NCBI GenBank assembly: GCA_044226015.1
Contig: JBGAHS010000002.1
Coordinates: 723,434 to 787,433 of the forward strand
DNA: 64,000 nt
Reading direction: 5' to 3'
DNA from: Candidatus Obscuribacteraceae bacterium
Lineage (GTDB): Bacteria > Cyanobacteriota > Vampirovibrionia > Obscuribacterales > Obscuribacteraceae
Part shown: piece after piece, positions 28,772 through 39,195 of the stretch
How positions within the stretch are numbered: position 1 is the first letter of the stretch
How the letters are laid out: every line of letters starts with the position of its first letter
Notes under the pieces: generated by a model
Seen by the model: only the letters and a program-made list of their open reading frames with translations
Told to the model about the DNA's origin: nothing
Databases searched by the model: none
Translations under genes and position numbers: made by a program

Positions 28772-28862
28772 CTAGCCTAAAAGCACCAGGTTCAACGCTG
28801 CACTTCGCGTTGATTAGTAGCGTAAAAGCACCAGGTTCAACGCTGCACTTCGCGTTGAATAG
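28746..28862 (+). repeat. 45-46-bp tandem repeat copying the gene 3' end
   Basis: The gene end TCAACATTCCACTTCGAGTTGATTAG recurs as TCAACGCTGCACTTCGCGTTGATTAG at 28792 and again at 28837. Confidence 0.88.
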
Positions 28863-29086
28863 GCTCAGCAATAACAGTGAAGCCCTAGACTCCACATCGG
28901 TACAAAAATCGAGCAAATTAACGTAGCTCCGCACTTAATTCCGATTTCAGCAGGCCCAGCGAAAACTGCGTAGTGCAGGGGAGCACTGAGCGCATAGACA
29001 AGAGCCGTGCAAGCAGATTCGATAAGGACGAGCAAGATCTTTGCTAATCAGTTTTGCTAATCAGTAAAATCGTATTGAAATCGTAT

Positions 29087-29611
29087 TTATGGTATCGGTA
29101 CCGATTTGCTTATTCGCGCGATGTAGTTGCTTGCGATAATTATCGACACATCAGTAGGAAGCACATCGCGTACGTCTCTTATCAAAATCGCCAGAGCAAG
29201 ACATGCGGCTTTGGCAGCTTTCGCATCGTCGAGACCATGCTTGCCGAACACAGCTGATGCTTTCGGACGCAACTCTTGCGCGAGCTTCAATGGATCACGC
29301 ACAGGCTGATGGTCTGGCGGAATTTTGCCAGTCCAGATATCAGCTTTGATACCAAGTTCCCCAAGAACCTGTTCCAAATATGCGAGTATTCGCGGTGTAC
29401 TATCATTCACTTCATCAACAAGAATGATTCCGCCTTGTGGAAACTTCGACAAATCAACATTGCATGAGCGCAAAATCGACTCACCACACACCGCTGATAG
29501 TGCAGCAACAGCTGACTCAGCATGAATTCCTCTGCTGTCTTTTAAATGATCCAAAACAGCCTGGTAAATTTCACCAGCTGCTTCTTTGTGCTGTAATTCT
29601 GTCACCGTCAT
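29087..29611 (-). CDS. hypothetical all-helical protein
   Basis: Protein-like ORF from MTVTEL (GIHAESAVAALSAVCGESILR); no function assigned. Confidence 0.65.
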   Translation of the reverse strand: MTVTELQHKEAAGEIYQAVLDHLKDSRGIHAESAVAALSAVCGESILRSCNVDLSKFPQGGIILVDEVNDSTPRILAYLEQVLGELGIKADIWTGKIPPDHQPVRDPLKLAQELRPKASAVFGKHGLDDAKAAKAACLALAILIRDVRDVLPTDVSIIIASNYIARISKSVPIP

Positions 29612-29819
29612 TAGTAAATTGCCCCGGACGCCCAAGTATTTACAAGTTGCCCACTGGACTAGAAAGATAACCGCTTTTTTGTTAAAGCTCTGTTTGTGCA
29701 GCAAAATACCCCTCACGGGTGAGTCACTTATTTATTGCATGAAGACGTTTCATTTCAACAACATTACGCTTTAGCAAAAGCAAAATCACAGCGATTTGAC
29801 AGTACGGTCGACGTAGAGC

Positions 29820-31820
29820 TCAGATGTTCAATTCAATAGCAGCACCGCGAGTCTTTGCTGCGATTTCGGCATCTGCTGCTTCGCCCACGCTACGCGATTC
29901 TGCCATCAATTCTTGAGCCGGAAAGTTCATGATAAATGTGGAGCCAAGTCCGATTTCTGATTCTACAGCCACGTTTCCACCATGCTTTTCCACGATGTTT
30001 TTGACGATTGTTAGACCCAACCCTGTTCCTTTGATGGTATGCACTTTTTTCTCGACCCGGAAGAAGCGTTCGAAAATATGTTCGACGCATTCTTCAGGAA
30101 TACCGATACCGTTGTCTTTCACTGCAACACGCACTTCTTTTGTGTCAGGCAAATGTCTGCAACTTACTTCAACCTGACCACCCTTTGGCGTGTATTTAAT
30201 TGCGTTGTTAATGAGATTGATGCAGGCTCTTTCGACAGATTCGCGATTCATCAAAACCATAGGAATAGGATCATCACAAACAAAAACTAGTTCGATGCCT
30301 TTTTCCTTAGCCATCATATTCAAAGCTCTGATTGTGTACTCAGCAGCTGGGCGCACATCCTGAGAGACCATCTCCAGCTCACGATCAACATCTTCAAGCT
30401 TCGACAATTCCAAAACTTCATTGACTAGATTAATCAAACGATCAGCTTCGCTATCAATAATTTGCATGAACTCTTTATAGATGTCTGGCTCAAGCTTGTC
30501 ACCATGCTGGCAGATCGTATCAACATAACTCTTGATTGAAGTAATCGGTGTTCGCAATTCATGAGACACATTGCTGATGAACTCATTTTTCATGCGCTCA
30601 AGTTCGGCTTGCTGTGTTATGTCATGCATAATCATTACAGAGCCGAGGAATTCGCCTTTTAGCGAAATCGGCGCGATGTGCAAACGAATTACTTTCTTGT
30701 CGATGTTGAGTTGCTGCATCACTGGTCCTAAGCGTCCAGGCGAGACAGTGTCAGTAAAAGCTTGAATGACCTGACAAATTTGCGGACTATCAGGACCTTG
30801 CGTACAAAATACAAGCGGCTTTCCAACAAGATCTTTAGCGTCTTTGTCGAACATTTGAGTCGCAGCAGCATTGATGATTTGCACTTTGTTGTCTCTGTCG
30901 CACACAACAACACCGTCGGCAATAGACATCAACACCAACTCAAGTTTGTTTCTTTCAGAAATGAACTTATTTCTTTCCGCCATCAAACTATCAAGATTTT
31001 GCTTATCGTACTGCTGCAGTCTCTTCGACATATAGTTGAACGCGCTGATCACCTGGTCGATTTCGCGACCCGCACTCTGACTGGCGATTTGATGCCCAAA
31101 TCGACCTGCCGCAATTTGGCTGGCACCAGCAGACAGTGCTTTAAGAGGACGATTAATCATTGAATAGTTCACGGCCAAACATAGCGCACCGAGAAACCAG
31201 ACCAGACCAAAAATCGAAAAGAGAAAGACTTTTGTTTCGCCCGATGTTCCAAAAATAGAAAAGGATGTGTCATCAAGCCCAACCCAACAAGCGCCCAAAT
31301 TCTGCTTGTTTTTGCGCATTGGCACAACAATATTGATAAGCTCGCGATAGCCAGGCGGACTCGGGTAGACACCTGGAATGATCACGTTAGTATTTGGCTG
31401 ATTGTAGTACTGGTAAATCTTCTCGTCTTTCTTGTTCTTGATGAAATTCTGGCTGTCCAAAAGAACCTTTCCATCAGGACCAACAAGCGCAATGTAAGCA
31501 ATCGCCGGAGTGTCTACCATCTCGGTCCAGATGTAGTAGCGCAAACCATCAAGGTTTCCGGAATTGGAGAGTGCCTCGGCGCCACCTCGCGCTAACGCAT
31601 GAGTGAGGGCTTGACCAAACTGATTTACGGAACGACTTTTGATGGACTGCGCATGGCTGACCAAAATCCATGCCGTGAAAGTTACCAGAGAAGAAATCGA
31701 AACAAGCCCAAGTAGCAGTAGCCGCTTCTGGGTGGAAATGCCGCCCCAGAGGTGCTGCCCGATTAGCATGGCTCTTCTAAATGGCTTAAAAATCGGATTT
31801 CTCAAATTGACTCCACGCAT
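29820..31820 (-). CDS. HAMP-PAS sensor histidine kinase, NblS/Hik33-like
   Basis: Two TMs, HAMP, PAS (SIADGVVVCD), FISNVSHELRTP, and RFFRVEKKVHTIKGTGLGL resembling the Hik33 G-box region. Confidence 0.88.
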   Translation of the reverse strand: MRGVNLRNPIFKPFRRAMLIGQHLWGGISTQKRLLLLGLVSISSLVTFTAWILVSHAQSIKSRSVNQFGQALTHALARGGAEALSNSGNLDGLRYYIWTEMVDTPAIAYIALVGPDGKVLLDSQNFIKNKKDEKIYQYYNQPNTNVIIPGVYPSPPGYRELINIVVPMRKNKQNLGACWVGLDDTSFSIFGTSGETKVFLFSIFGLVWFLGALCLAVNYSMINRPLKALSAGASQIAAGRFGHQIASQSAGREIDQVISAFNYMSKRLQQYDKQNLDSLMAERNKFISERNKLELVLMSIADGVVVCDRDNKVQIINAAATQMFDKDAKDLVGKPLVFCTQGPDSPQICQVIQAFTDTVSPGRLGPVMQQLNIDKKVIRLHIAPISLKGEFLGSVMIMHDITQQAELERMKNEFISNVSHELRTPITSIKSYVDTICQHGDKLEPDIYKEFMQIIDSEADRLINLVNEVLELSKLEDVDRELEMVSQDVRPAAEYTIRALNMMAKEKGIELVFVCDDPIPMVLMNRESVERACINLINNAIKYTPKGGQVEVSCRHLPDTKEVRVAVKDNGIGIPEECVEHIFERFFRVEKKVHTIKGTGLGLTIVKNIVEKHGGNVAVESEIGLGSTFIMNFPAQELMAESRSVGEAADAEIAAKTRGAAIELNI

Positions 31821-32000
31821 TACTCCGCTTTTTAGCTTCTGTAAGATCGATGAACAGGCGGATGTTCCAATTTTACTCCGGCTGATTTAATTAATATACC
31901 TGCCTACGATAACCTGAGAATGTGGAACATACGGTTTAGACCCAGGTTGCAAAGGGAAAAATAAAAAGGTTGGCTCCCACCATTACCAGTCTGAGACAAA

Positions 32001-32750
32001 ATGCCGAAACTGTCTAGAAAACATGAGTTTTCGACTTGCCTCTCCGCGGAGGCGATTGTCAAACAATATATGCCGCTGGTTCGTCAAATAGCCAGGAAAT
32101 ACGGGCGTTTAGCGCCAGATCAGGTTGACGACCTCACGCAAATGGGATGCCTTGGATTATTAAAGGCTGTTAAGTATTACGACGAAAATAGAGAGAACAA
32201 AGCGAGCTTTAAGAGCTTCGCCGCCGTTTATATAAAAGGTGAAATTCGCCATTATCTTCGAGACCACGCTTCGCTGGTGCAAGTCCCGAGAAAATACGTG
32301 GAGATTAATAGCAAAATAAGCCAGCTAGAAGAAGCTCTCACACGCGACCTCGAACACACACCAAGCGTAGAAGAACTAGCCAAACATGCTGGTTTATCGG
32401 CGCAAGAGATTCGCGAGGCGCAGCAGTCCTACGATAACTGTCGTCACTATGAGTCGCTAGAGGGCAGCGACGATAACGAAGGTCGTGAAGACAACCGCGT
32501 ACTGGCGGAAATGGTCGCCGACAAGAAATATGTGGATGAGCTTAGATATTCAGAAGACAGGGAACTTATTAGTCAAGCTCTGGTATCACTCGGAGAGCGC
32601 ACTAAGAAGATTATTGAGTTCGTATACTTCTACGATTTAACTCAAAAAGAAACAGCAAAGCTGCTTGGTGTCTCTGAGATGGGCGTATCCAGAACGATCA
32701 AAAGTGCGATACAGAAGTTGAAAGACGTGCTGCTCACCGAAATCTTCTGA
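32001..32750 (+). CDS. sigF: group-3 sigma factor, SigF/SigB-like
   Basis: DDLTQMGCLGLLKA, YIKGEIRHYLRD and region-4 LTQKETAKLLGVSEMGVSR. Confidence 0.8.
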   Translation: MPKLSRKHEFSTCLSAEAIVKQYMPLVRQIARKYGRLAPDQVDDLTQMGCLGLLKAVKYYDENRENKASFKSFAAVYIKGEIRHYLRDHASLVQVPRKYVEINSKISQLEEALTRDLEHTPSVEELAKHAGLSAQEIREAQQSYDNCRHYESLEGSDDNEGREDNRVLAEMVADKKYVDELRYSEDRELISQALVSLGERTKKIIEFVYFYDLTQKETAKLLGVSEMGVSRTIKSAIQKLKDVLLTEIF

Positions 32751-32784
32751 TCGCGCTTCACAGCCGACGGGGGATAGCACACGC

Positions 32785-33870
32785 ATGTCTTTAGCACAAC
32801 AGCTTTCGATCGAGGACATCCTCGAGCTTGCCATTGAGTACAAAGCCTCAGATATTCACTTAAAGGCAAACATGCCACCAGTATTTCGTATAGACGGTTT
32901 GATCCGCTCTGTACCTGACCTTCCGGTGCTCGACCCTGAGACACTGCGGCATATGATTTTCGGCTTTTTGACTCCTCGTCAGCAACAAGTATTCGAAGAA
33001 AACTTTGAATTAGACTGCGCACTACTTTTCGGAGACGCAGCTCGTGTGCGCGTCAACGTCTACCTGGACATTGACTCTGTCGGGTGCGCAATGCGTATCG
33101 TACCAATCGATGTTCCAACTTGCGAAGAATTGGGACTGCCAGCAGTAATTGAGAAACTCACAAAAGAGAGACAGGGACTGGTTCTCGTCACAGGAGTCAC
33201 AGGTGCTGGAAAATCCACCACGCTAGCGGCAATGATTAACAACATCAACATGCGTGAAGCGTGCCACATCTACACGATGGAAGACCCAATCGAATTTGTG
33301 CACCGTCCAAAATGTTCCATCATCACACAACGTGAAATCGGATTTACGACAAAGAGTTTCGCTAACGCTCTGAAAGCAGCTCTCCGTGCCGACCCCAACG
33401 TACTGCTCGTAGGAGAAATGCGTGACCCCACAACGATTCAGATGGCGTTGAGAGCAGCTGAAACAGGTCACCTTGTATTGTCCACGCTACACACTGCGTC
33501 TGCTCCTAAGACTATTCAACGTATCCTTGGTGCATTCGACCCAGGTGTACAAGAAGCAATTCGATTGCAGCTTGCAAACTCACTGAAAGCAGTTATCGCT
33601 CAGCAGCTGGTTCCAATGATGGGCGGCGGACGTATTTGCGTTCAGGAAATCATGATTTGTACAACTTCTATTTCTGATGCGATTTTGAAAGGTGAAATCG
33701 ATTCGATTTACGAGTTCATCAAAGCAAGCTCTTACGACGGAATGCAAACGATGGACGCCGCTCTGTATAACGCTTACAGAGAAGGGCTCATCGATGCTGA
33801 TACCGCCCGTAGTTACGCACTAAACCCAGGTGAAATGGATCGTATCTTGCGTGGTGCTATGACGAGATAA
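32785..33870 (+). CDS. pilT: type IV pilus retraction ATPase PilT/PilU family
   Basis: ASDIHL, Walker A GVTGAGKST, EDPIE, ALRADPNVLLVGEMRD, AETGHLVLSTLHT and GMQTMD. Confidence 0.92.
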   Translation: MSLAQQLSIEDILELAIEYKASDIHLKANMPPVFRIDGLIRSVPDLPVLDPETLRHMIFGFLTPRQQQVFEENFELDCALLFGDAARVRVNVYLDIDSVGCAMRIVPIDVPTCEELGLPAVIEKLTKERQGLVLVTGVTGAGKSTTLAAMINNINMREACHIYTMEDPIEFVHRPKCSIITQREIGFTTKSFANALKAALRADPNVLLVGEMRDPTTIQMALRAAETGHLVLSTLHTASAPKTIQRILGAFDPGVQEAIRLQLANSLKAVIAQQLVPMMGGGRICVQEIMICTTSISDAILKGEIDSIYEFIKASSYDGMQTMDAALYNAYREGLIDADTARSYALNPGEMDRILRGAMTR

Positions 33871-34009
33871 TTAGTTTCGGCACCTTACAAGTTGCTGATC
33901 AGCCGTCTGCGGATGCTGATCCACTTGTATTCGCGCACTCTTTGTTTCCACGAATTCTGGAACGCTAAAATCTAGTTGTATAATTGACTTGAGTGTCTCA
34001 AGCTCTCTT

Positions 34010-34043
34010 AGGGACTGCCGTCATTTTTGAGGCAGTCCCTTTT
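34010..34043 (+). terminator. intrinsic terminator downstream of sigF-pilT
   Basis: AGGGACTGCC/GGCAGTCCCT stem followed by TTT. Confidence 0.7.
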
Positions 34044-34104
34044 GCTGTGTGAACTATCCGGAACCGAGAACGGACCCGCTTACCGGCACCAAATACGGTG
34101 GCAA

Positions 34105-34302
34105 TGCAGTTTTTCTGCCCGCCAAGCGGCATAGATTTTCCTAAAAACTCCACCGGTACCGTTTGAGTTCTGCAGTTTTTCTGCACGCCAAGTGGCATAG
34201 ATTTTCCCGAAAACTCCACCGGTACCGTTTGAGTTCTACGATTTTTCTGCACGCCAAGCGGCATAGATTTTCCTGAAAACTCCACCGGTACCGTTTGAGT
34301 TC
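34105..34302. repeat. 66-bp tandem repeat x3 of the GGTACC palindromic family
   Basis: Units 34105-34170, 34171-34236 and 34237-34302, each ending AAAACTCCACCGGTACCGTTTGAGTTC. Confidence 0.93.
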
Positions 34303-34667
34303 TCTAGCTCCAGCGAACATTAAACGGCCCACAATTGCAAGAGATCCCCCCGGCGGAGCCCCGCAACAGCCCAGAACATGCAAGACCCGCTCCCAATGAG
34401 CCTCCGACCGCGTTCACTGCAATTCAGGAAATGTCACTTTGTTAACAAACGCTTATGATTTGGCTCTAAGCTAGAAGTCAGAAGTAAATTGGGTTCATGT
34501 CAACAGATATTTCTGCTGCCAAGCCGGGTTGTCATGGTTGAAACCAACTTAAGGTCTGCTATGATTCATCCGCAAATTGTGGACATGAGTTCCGCTACAT
34601 AAATCCGGCAAGTGCCCAGTACACGGCTGTTCCCGGAAGGTAGACCCCACAAAAGGAGTTCGGCGCA

Positions 34668-34916
34668 ATGTTTAAGTCATTCAAGGACCTCGCCGGCCTG
34701 AGCGAAAAGAGCATCAACACAGAGTTCATCAAAGAACTCGCTCAATTCGAAAAGCTAATCAACGACGGCGAATCAATTGAAACCACTGAAGAGTCCGGTA
34801 CTTACAAGCTAGGAATCAAAGTTCTCTCCTCCGGCAGACGTGTTATCTGCCCTCATAGACAAAGTCCATCGCGCAACAGGAAACACCTTGTGCGCAGCCT
34901 GCTCATTCATCAGTAA
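34668..34916 (+). CDS. small hypothetical protein
   Basis: Strong AAGGAG RBS, 82-aa ORF and its own terminator. Confidence 0.7.
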   Translation: MFKSFKDLAGLSEKSINTEFIKELAQFEKLINDGESIETTEESGTYKLGIKVLSSGRRVICPHRQSPSRNRKHLVRSLLIHQ

Positions 34917-34965
34917 TCCATTCGTTACTAAAGCAGCTTGAAATTACAATTTAAGACAGGCTCTT

Positions 34966-35001
34966 AACAGCAGGGACCTATCCCTGCTGTTCGAGCTTTT
35001 T
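34966..35001 (+). terminator. intrinsic terminator
   Basis: AACAGCAGGGA/TCCCTGCTGTT stem followed by a T-run. Confidence 0.7.
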
Positions 35002-35100
35002 GATTGCGCTATCAGCCCTAAAACTCTGTTTTAGTCGATTTGCTTGACTAGCTTGTTGGGCATGCAATGAGCACAGTGTGTAATATAATGATTATCGCGT

Positions 35101-35175
35101 CGGGACGTGGCGCAGGGGTAGCGCGCACCTTTGGGGTGGGTGAGGCCGGAGGTTCGAATCCTCTCGTCCCGACCA
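35101..35175 (+). tRNA. tRNA-Pro(GGG)
   Basis: Acceptor CGGGACG/CGTCCCG, anticodon loop TTGGGGT, T-loop TTCGAAT, encoded CCA. A hairpin AAGGAGCAG/CTGCTCCTT follows. Confidence 0.95.
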
Positions 35176-35313
35176 TAACAGGAAGCCAAGGAGCAGTGTT
35201 CAACGACCTGCTCCTTTGTTCATTTTCTTCGCACAATATCACAACGGCAAAGTTTTGCAGCTCGCTCTATGGTGCATAACGTACTGGTCATCCACTTCTT
35301 GAGCCAGCCAACC

Positions 35314-35802
35314 ATGCCCCAAAAGCAAATCTACGTAGAACTCATTGAAGAAGTTCTCTTAAAACAACCGCGCGAACTTGTCATCCCAAAAGGCTTTCAA
35401 GGTTGCCTCATTGGTGAAGACAAAGACAAAAGGGCGATTGTCTATTTCAATGTGATGTAGCTAACGACTGAAGACGCGCTGCGCATGTTTCAAGTAAGCG
35501 ATGCACTTTTGCATCTGAAGACTCGCAAAATAACACTTGCGGAGATTACCTCGATTCAAATAGTTCCGAGCACAGCCAGAAAACCCGCTATTCTCTTTGG
35601 GCTGACAAAGAAGAAATTCGTTCTAGTACTGACCCGATTCTCTGGCGCGGTCGACAAGCCGCTGAATAGACTCAAAATCGACAAGCCCATTCCAATTGAT
35701 TTGGCTCTCGTGCTTTTGCAACCACTCGTGTTCTGCCTGACGACACTTAGCACAAAACAGCGTCATCGATGGATGCATACCGATCATATATATCGACTTT
35801 AA
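35314..35802 (+). pseudogene. hypothetical gene interrupted by an in-frame TAG at 35458-35460
   Basis: ORFs 35269-35460 and 35485-35802 are in the same frame and joined by the open linker LTTEDALR. Confidence 0.45.
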
Positions 35803-36246
35803 TTCGGAACGAGCACAGGGAAACAGAGAACTGCTCGCCGTCTTAAATCCCTCTGATTTGCGAAGCAGCCCAGACTGCGCCGAGGCGCTTCCCACCTGGA
35901 ATGAACAGCGATGCAAGGGACACTTCATACCCGGAGCAAAGTGCAGCAGCACTTTCAGCAAGATCAAACTGAGTGAATTGAGAAAGTTCATCTTCGGCTT
36001 GCTCGCGAGTCCATCCTTATATATAAGATCTAGCAGAAAGCAGCCCCTGGTATTTGCGTCACCAAGACATGAAGTATCGAGTAAGGCTGCTTGTCATCAG
36101 TCTACTTCAGTCCGACAGACTTCGCACTAATACTGAATGAAATCAAATGCATAGCTTTAAGAGCGCGATTGCCTATTGAACAGCAGTCGTTGTTTAGTTG
36201 CAGCATTTTGTTATGATGATCTCGTTGGCACGCTGGAAATCATTTC

Positions 36247-38580
36247 TTGGACATCGACTTAGCGCAACTCTTCCCGTTCCCCCTTGATGATTTTCAGCTA
36301 GAGGCGATTCGACATCTGACAAACGGCGAAAGCGTAGTAGTTTGTGCGCCGACTGGGTCTGGCAAGACAGTCGTTGCTGAGTTTGCGGTTGAATTATCAC
36401 TGCGCCGCGGAAGGCGTTGCTATTACACGACCCCACTGAAAGCGCTTTCTAACCAGAAGTTTGGTGATTTGAAAAAGAAATATGGTGAGAATGAAGTCGG
36501 ACTTCTCACGGGCGATATTTCAATCAACAGAGACGCACCAGTGGTGGTGATGACTACTGAAGTGTTTCGCAATATGCTCTACGGAACTCATTTCGGTGAT
36601 GTGAACAAAAACGTGGCACGAGTTGCCAGTGTCATTCTCGACGAATGCCATTACATGAACGATGCTGAACGCGGCACTGTTTGGGAAGAATCAATCATTT
36701 ATTGTCCACCCGAGATTCAGATTGTGGCATTGTCTGCCACCATTGCAAACGCTGAGGATCTCACAAATTGGATTGACCAAACCCACGGACCAACACGCCT
36801 TGTAACTTCTGATTTCCGCCCCGTGCCTTTGCGGTTTTACTACTTCGGCAACCAGGCGCTTTACCCCTTGATTCAAGCAGGTGGGCAAATCAGTGGGCTA
36901 TTGCGATCATTGTTTGGCAAAAAGCATGATCGCTTTGGAAAGAAGAACAAGCGCGGAAAGATGGAGCCGCTGCCCGATCCACGAGATGTCTTGCGCACTC
37001 TCCAGGCAAAAAATATGTTGCCGGCAATTTATTTTCTCTTCTCTCGACGTGGCTGCGAAGAAGCTATGAAGAAGACGGGCGATTCACATCTATTGAGCAA
37101 CGCAGAGCAAGCCATTCTTAAGAAAGCTGTTGATGAGCTTGTCGCAGGAAACGAGAATTTAAAGACGCACCCACACCTGCAATATCTGTACAGAGGTGTT
37201 GCTGTGCACCACGCAGGAATGCTTCCTAGCTGGAAAGTAACCGTAGAGAAATTGTTTCAACGAGGACTAATCAAAGCAGTTTTTGCTACAGAAACTCTGG
37301 CGGCAGGAATCAACATGCCTGCTAGAACCACTGTAATTAGCGCCATTTCGAAACGCGCTGACGAAGGACACCGCTTGCTTCGAGCTTCCGAATTTTTGCA
37401 GATGTCTGGTCGTGCCGGTCGTCGAGGCATGGATGAAATCGGACACGTTGTTGTTTTGCGGCATCCATTCGAACACGTTGAAGACGTAGCAAAGCTTGCA
37501 ACAGCATCGGCAGATCCCCTCAGCAGCAGATTTACACCTTCCTATGGAATGGTATTGAACCTTTTACAAAGACACACTCTGGAAGAAGCAAAAGATCTCG
37601 TCGAAAGAAGCTTCGGACAATTTGTAGTGAGCAACGAACTTGAGCCAATCTACGAGCAAAAAATGAGCTTCGAAGACGAACTCTCAAAAAACAACAGCCC
37701 CTTGTGTCCAACTGTGCCCGGTGATCTGACAGCCTATAAGCGCAAGATGGACATGCACACCGCAAAACTCAAGCAAATAAAACAGATGAAGCGCAGCTTC
37801 ACCGATGGCAAGCGCAGTGGAGATGACAGAGAGCTTTTCGCAGCAGTTGCTCAAATGGAAGCCGACAGCAAGGTCATTCTGGCAGAAGCAAAAACTTCGC
37901 CTTGCCACAATTGCCCAGTGCAAAAGCCTTGCTCTAAGCAGACAGATCGCCTCAGAACGCTAACAAACAAACTCAAAGACGCGAACAAATTTATCACTAC
38001 CGAAACAGGGAAGTACTGGCATACGTTCGAAAGCCTGGCAAACATTTTGAGATTGCAGGGCTATCTAAATGGTGACACCGTCACCGACCTGGGCAAAATG
38101 ACCGCAGCAATTCGCGCTACAAATGAGTTGTTTATTTCTGAAGTAGTACTCAGCGGAGTACTGAAAAAATTATTGCCACAGGAATTTGCCGCAGTGCTAA
38201 CCGCCCTGGTTACTGAAGATTCTCGTCCAGAAGATGTGTCCTGGGCGAAGATCGACCCGAATGTAGAAATGGTGCTCGAACGCATCAACAAAATCGCCCG
38301 CAAGGTTTACGTGCTGCAGCGAGATTTTGGCATAGACATTCCCGTAGAGTTTAGCCCTTTATTTTGCGGCTTATCAGAAATGTGGGCGGCTGGCGCTACC
38401 TGGGAAGACATTCGACGAGCCACTTACCACGACGAAGGAATTGTGGTGCGCATTTTTAGGCGCACAGTTGACCTCTGCCGCCAAATAGCAATCGCACCGA
38501 ACAGCCCTGCAGAAATAGCAGAACTCGCCGTAACCACCGAAAGACTGATGGCGCGCGATGAAGTCCGCGAAGATTACTAA
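36247..38580 (+). CDS. Ski2/HelY-like DEAD/DEAH-box RNA helicase
   Basis: APTGSGKT, PLKALSNQK, DECH, SAT, ATETLAAGINMPART and QMSGRAGRRG motifs, plus a DSHCT-like C-terminus. Confidence 0.95.
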   Translation: MDIDLAQLFPFPLDDFQLEAIRHLTNGESVVVCAPTGSGKTVVAEFAVELSLRRGRRCYYTTPLKALSNQKFGDLKKKYGENEVGLLTGDISINRDAPVVVMTTEVFRNMLYGTHFGDVNKNVARVASVILDECHYMNDAERGTVWEESIIYCPPEIQIVALSATIANAEDLTNWIDQTHGPTRLVTSDFRPVPLRFYYFGNQALYPLIQAGGQISGLLRSLFGKKHDRFGKKNKRGKMEPLPDPRDVLRTLQAKNMLPAIYFLFSRRGCEEAMKKTGDSHLLSNAEQAILKKAVDELVAGNENLKTHPHLQYLYRGVAVHHAGMLPSWKVTVEKLFQRGLIKAVFATETLAAGINMPARTTVISAISKRADEGHRLLRASEFLQMSGRAGRRGMDEIGHVVVLRHPFEHVEDVAKLATASADPLSSRFTPSYGMVLNLLQRHTLEEAKDLVERSFGQFVVSNELEPIYEQKMSFEDELSKNNSPLCPTVPGDLTAYKRKMDMHTAKLKQIKQMKRSFTDGKRSGDDRELFAAVAQMEADSKVILAEAKTSPCHNCPVQKPCSKQTDRLRTLTNKLKDANKFITTETGKYWHTFESLANILRLQGYLNGDTVTDLGKMTAAIRATNELFISEVVLSGVLKKLLPQEFAAVLTALVTEDSRPEDVSWAKIDPNVEMVLERINKIARKVYVLQRDFGIDIPVEFSPLFCGLSEMWAAGATWEDIRRATYHDEGIVVRIFRRTVDLCRQIAIAPNSPAEIAELAVTTERLMARDEVREDY

Positions 38581-38615
38581 ATCGATAGCGCTGCACTTAA
38601 GGAAATAAATCAGCC

Positions 38616-39074
38616 ATGAGTTATGTCCACGAGCTACGCAAAGTAATCGGAACACGAGCTATAAACGTCGTTGGCTCTTGCGTCATACTCTTAAATGATG
38701 ACAGCCACTTGCTTATGGTTAAGCGAGTAGACAATGGCAAATGGGGTTTGCCTGCGGGTTTGCTCGAACTCGGCGAAGCAATAGAAGATTGTGCTCGCAG
38801 AGAACTAATGGAAGAAACCGGTATTCACGCTAAAGAAATGGAATTGCTCACAGTAGCATCCGGCAATGACATGCATCACAAATATCCTAATGGTGATGAA
38901 GCCTACATAATTTGTGCTGTTTTCCGCTGCCACAGTCATGAAGGAGAGGCGCGAGTAAACGATCACGAAAGCACAGAGGTAAACTACTTTTCTCTCTCAT
39001 CATTGCCGGAGGAAATAAATCCGCCATCGCTACGTGTAATACACCGGCTGAAAGCAGCTAGGCTACTGGAATGA
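38616..39074 (+). CDS. NUDIX hydrolase
   Basis: Nudix box GLLELGEAIEDCARRELMEETG. Confidence 0.93.
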   Translation: MSYVHELRKVIGTRAINVVGSCVILLNDDSHLLMVKRVDNGKWGLPAGLLELGEAIEDCARRELMEETGIHAKEMELLTVASGNDMHHKYPNGDEAYIICAVFRCHSHEGEARVNDHESTEVNYFSLSSLPEEINPPSLRVIHRLKAARLLE

Positions 39075-39195
39075 GCGAATGAACCGATATGTTGAGTAGC
39101 GAATGAACCAGTAGCTAATGGCCAACGAAGAAAGCCACTCCAACGAATTAGAATCAACAGAGACAATGGCACTCTTTTATTTCGACCTCGCCTCT

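Noticed and set aside
33975..34043. Small RNA between a TATAAT box and the terminator after pilT
   Set aside because: No credible -35 element; the hairpins are adequately explained as the pilT 3' UTR and terminator.
34105..34302. CRISPR array interpretation of this array and those at 18.8, 23.2 and 25.9 kb
   Set aside because: Sequences between the conserved cores are near-identical rather than unique spacers, and no cas genes are in the window.
34625..34650. SRP RNA (CCGGAAGG tetraloop)
   Set aside because: The flanking conserved CAGG and AGCAG of helix 8 are absent.
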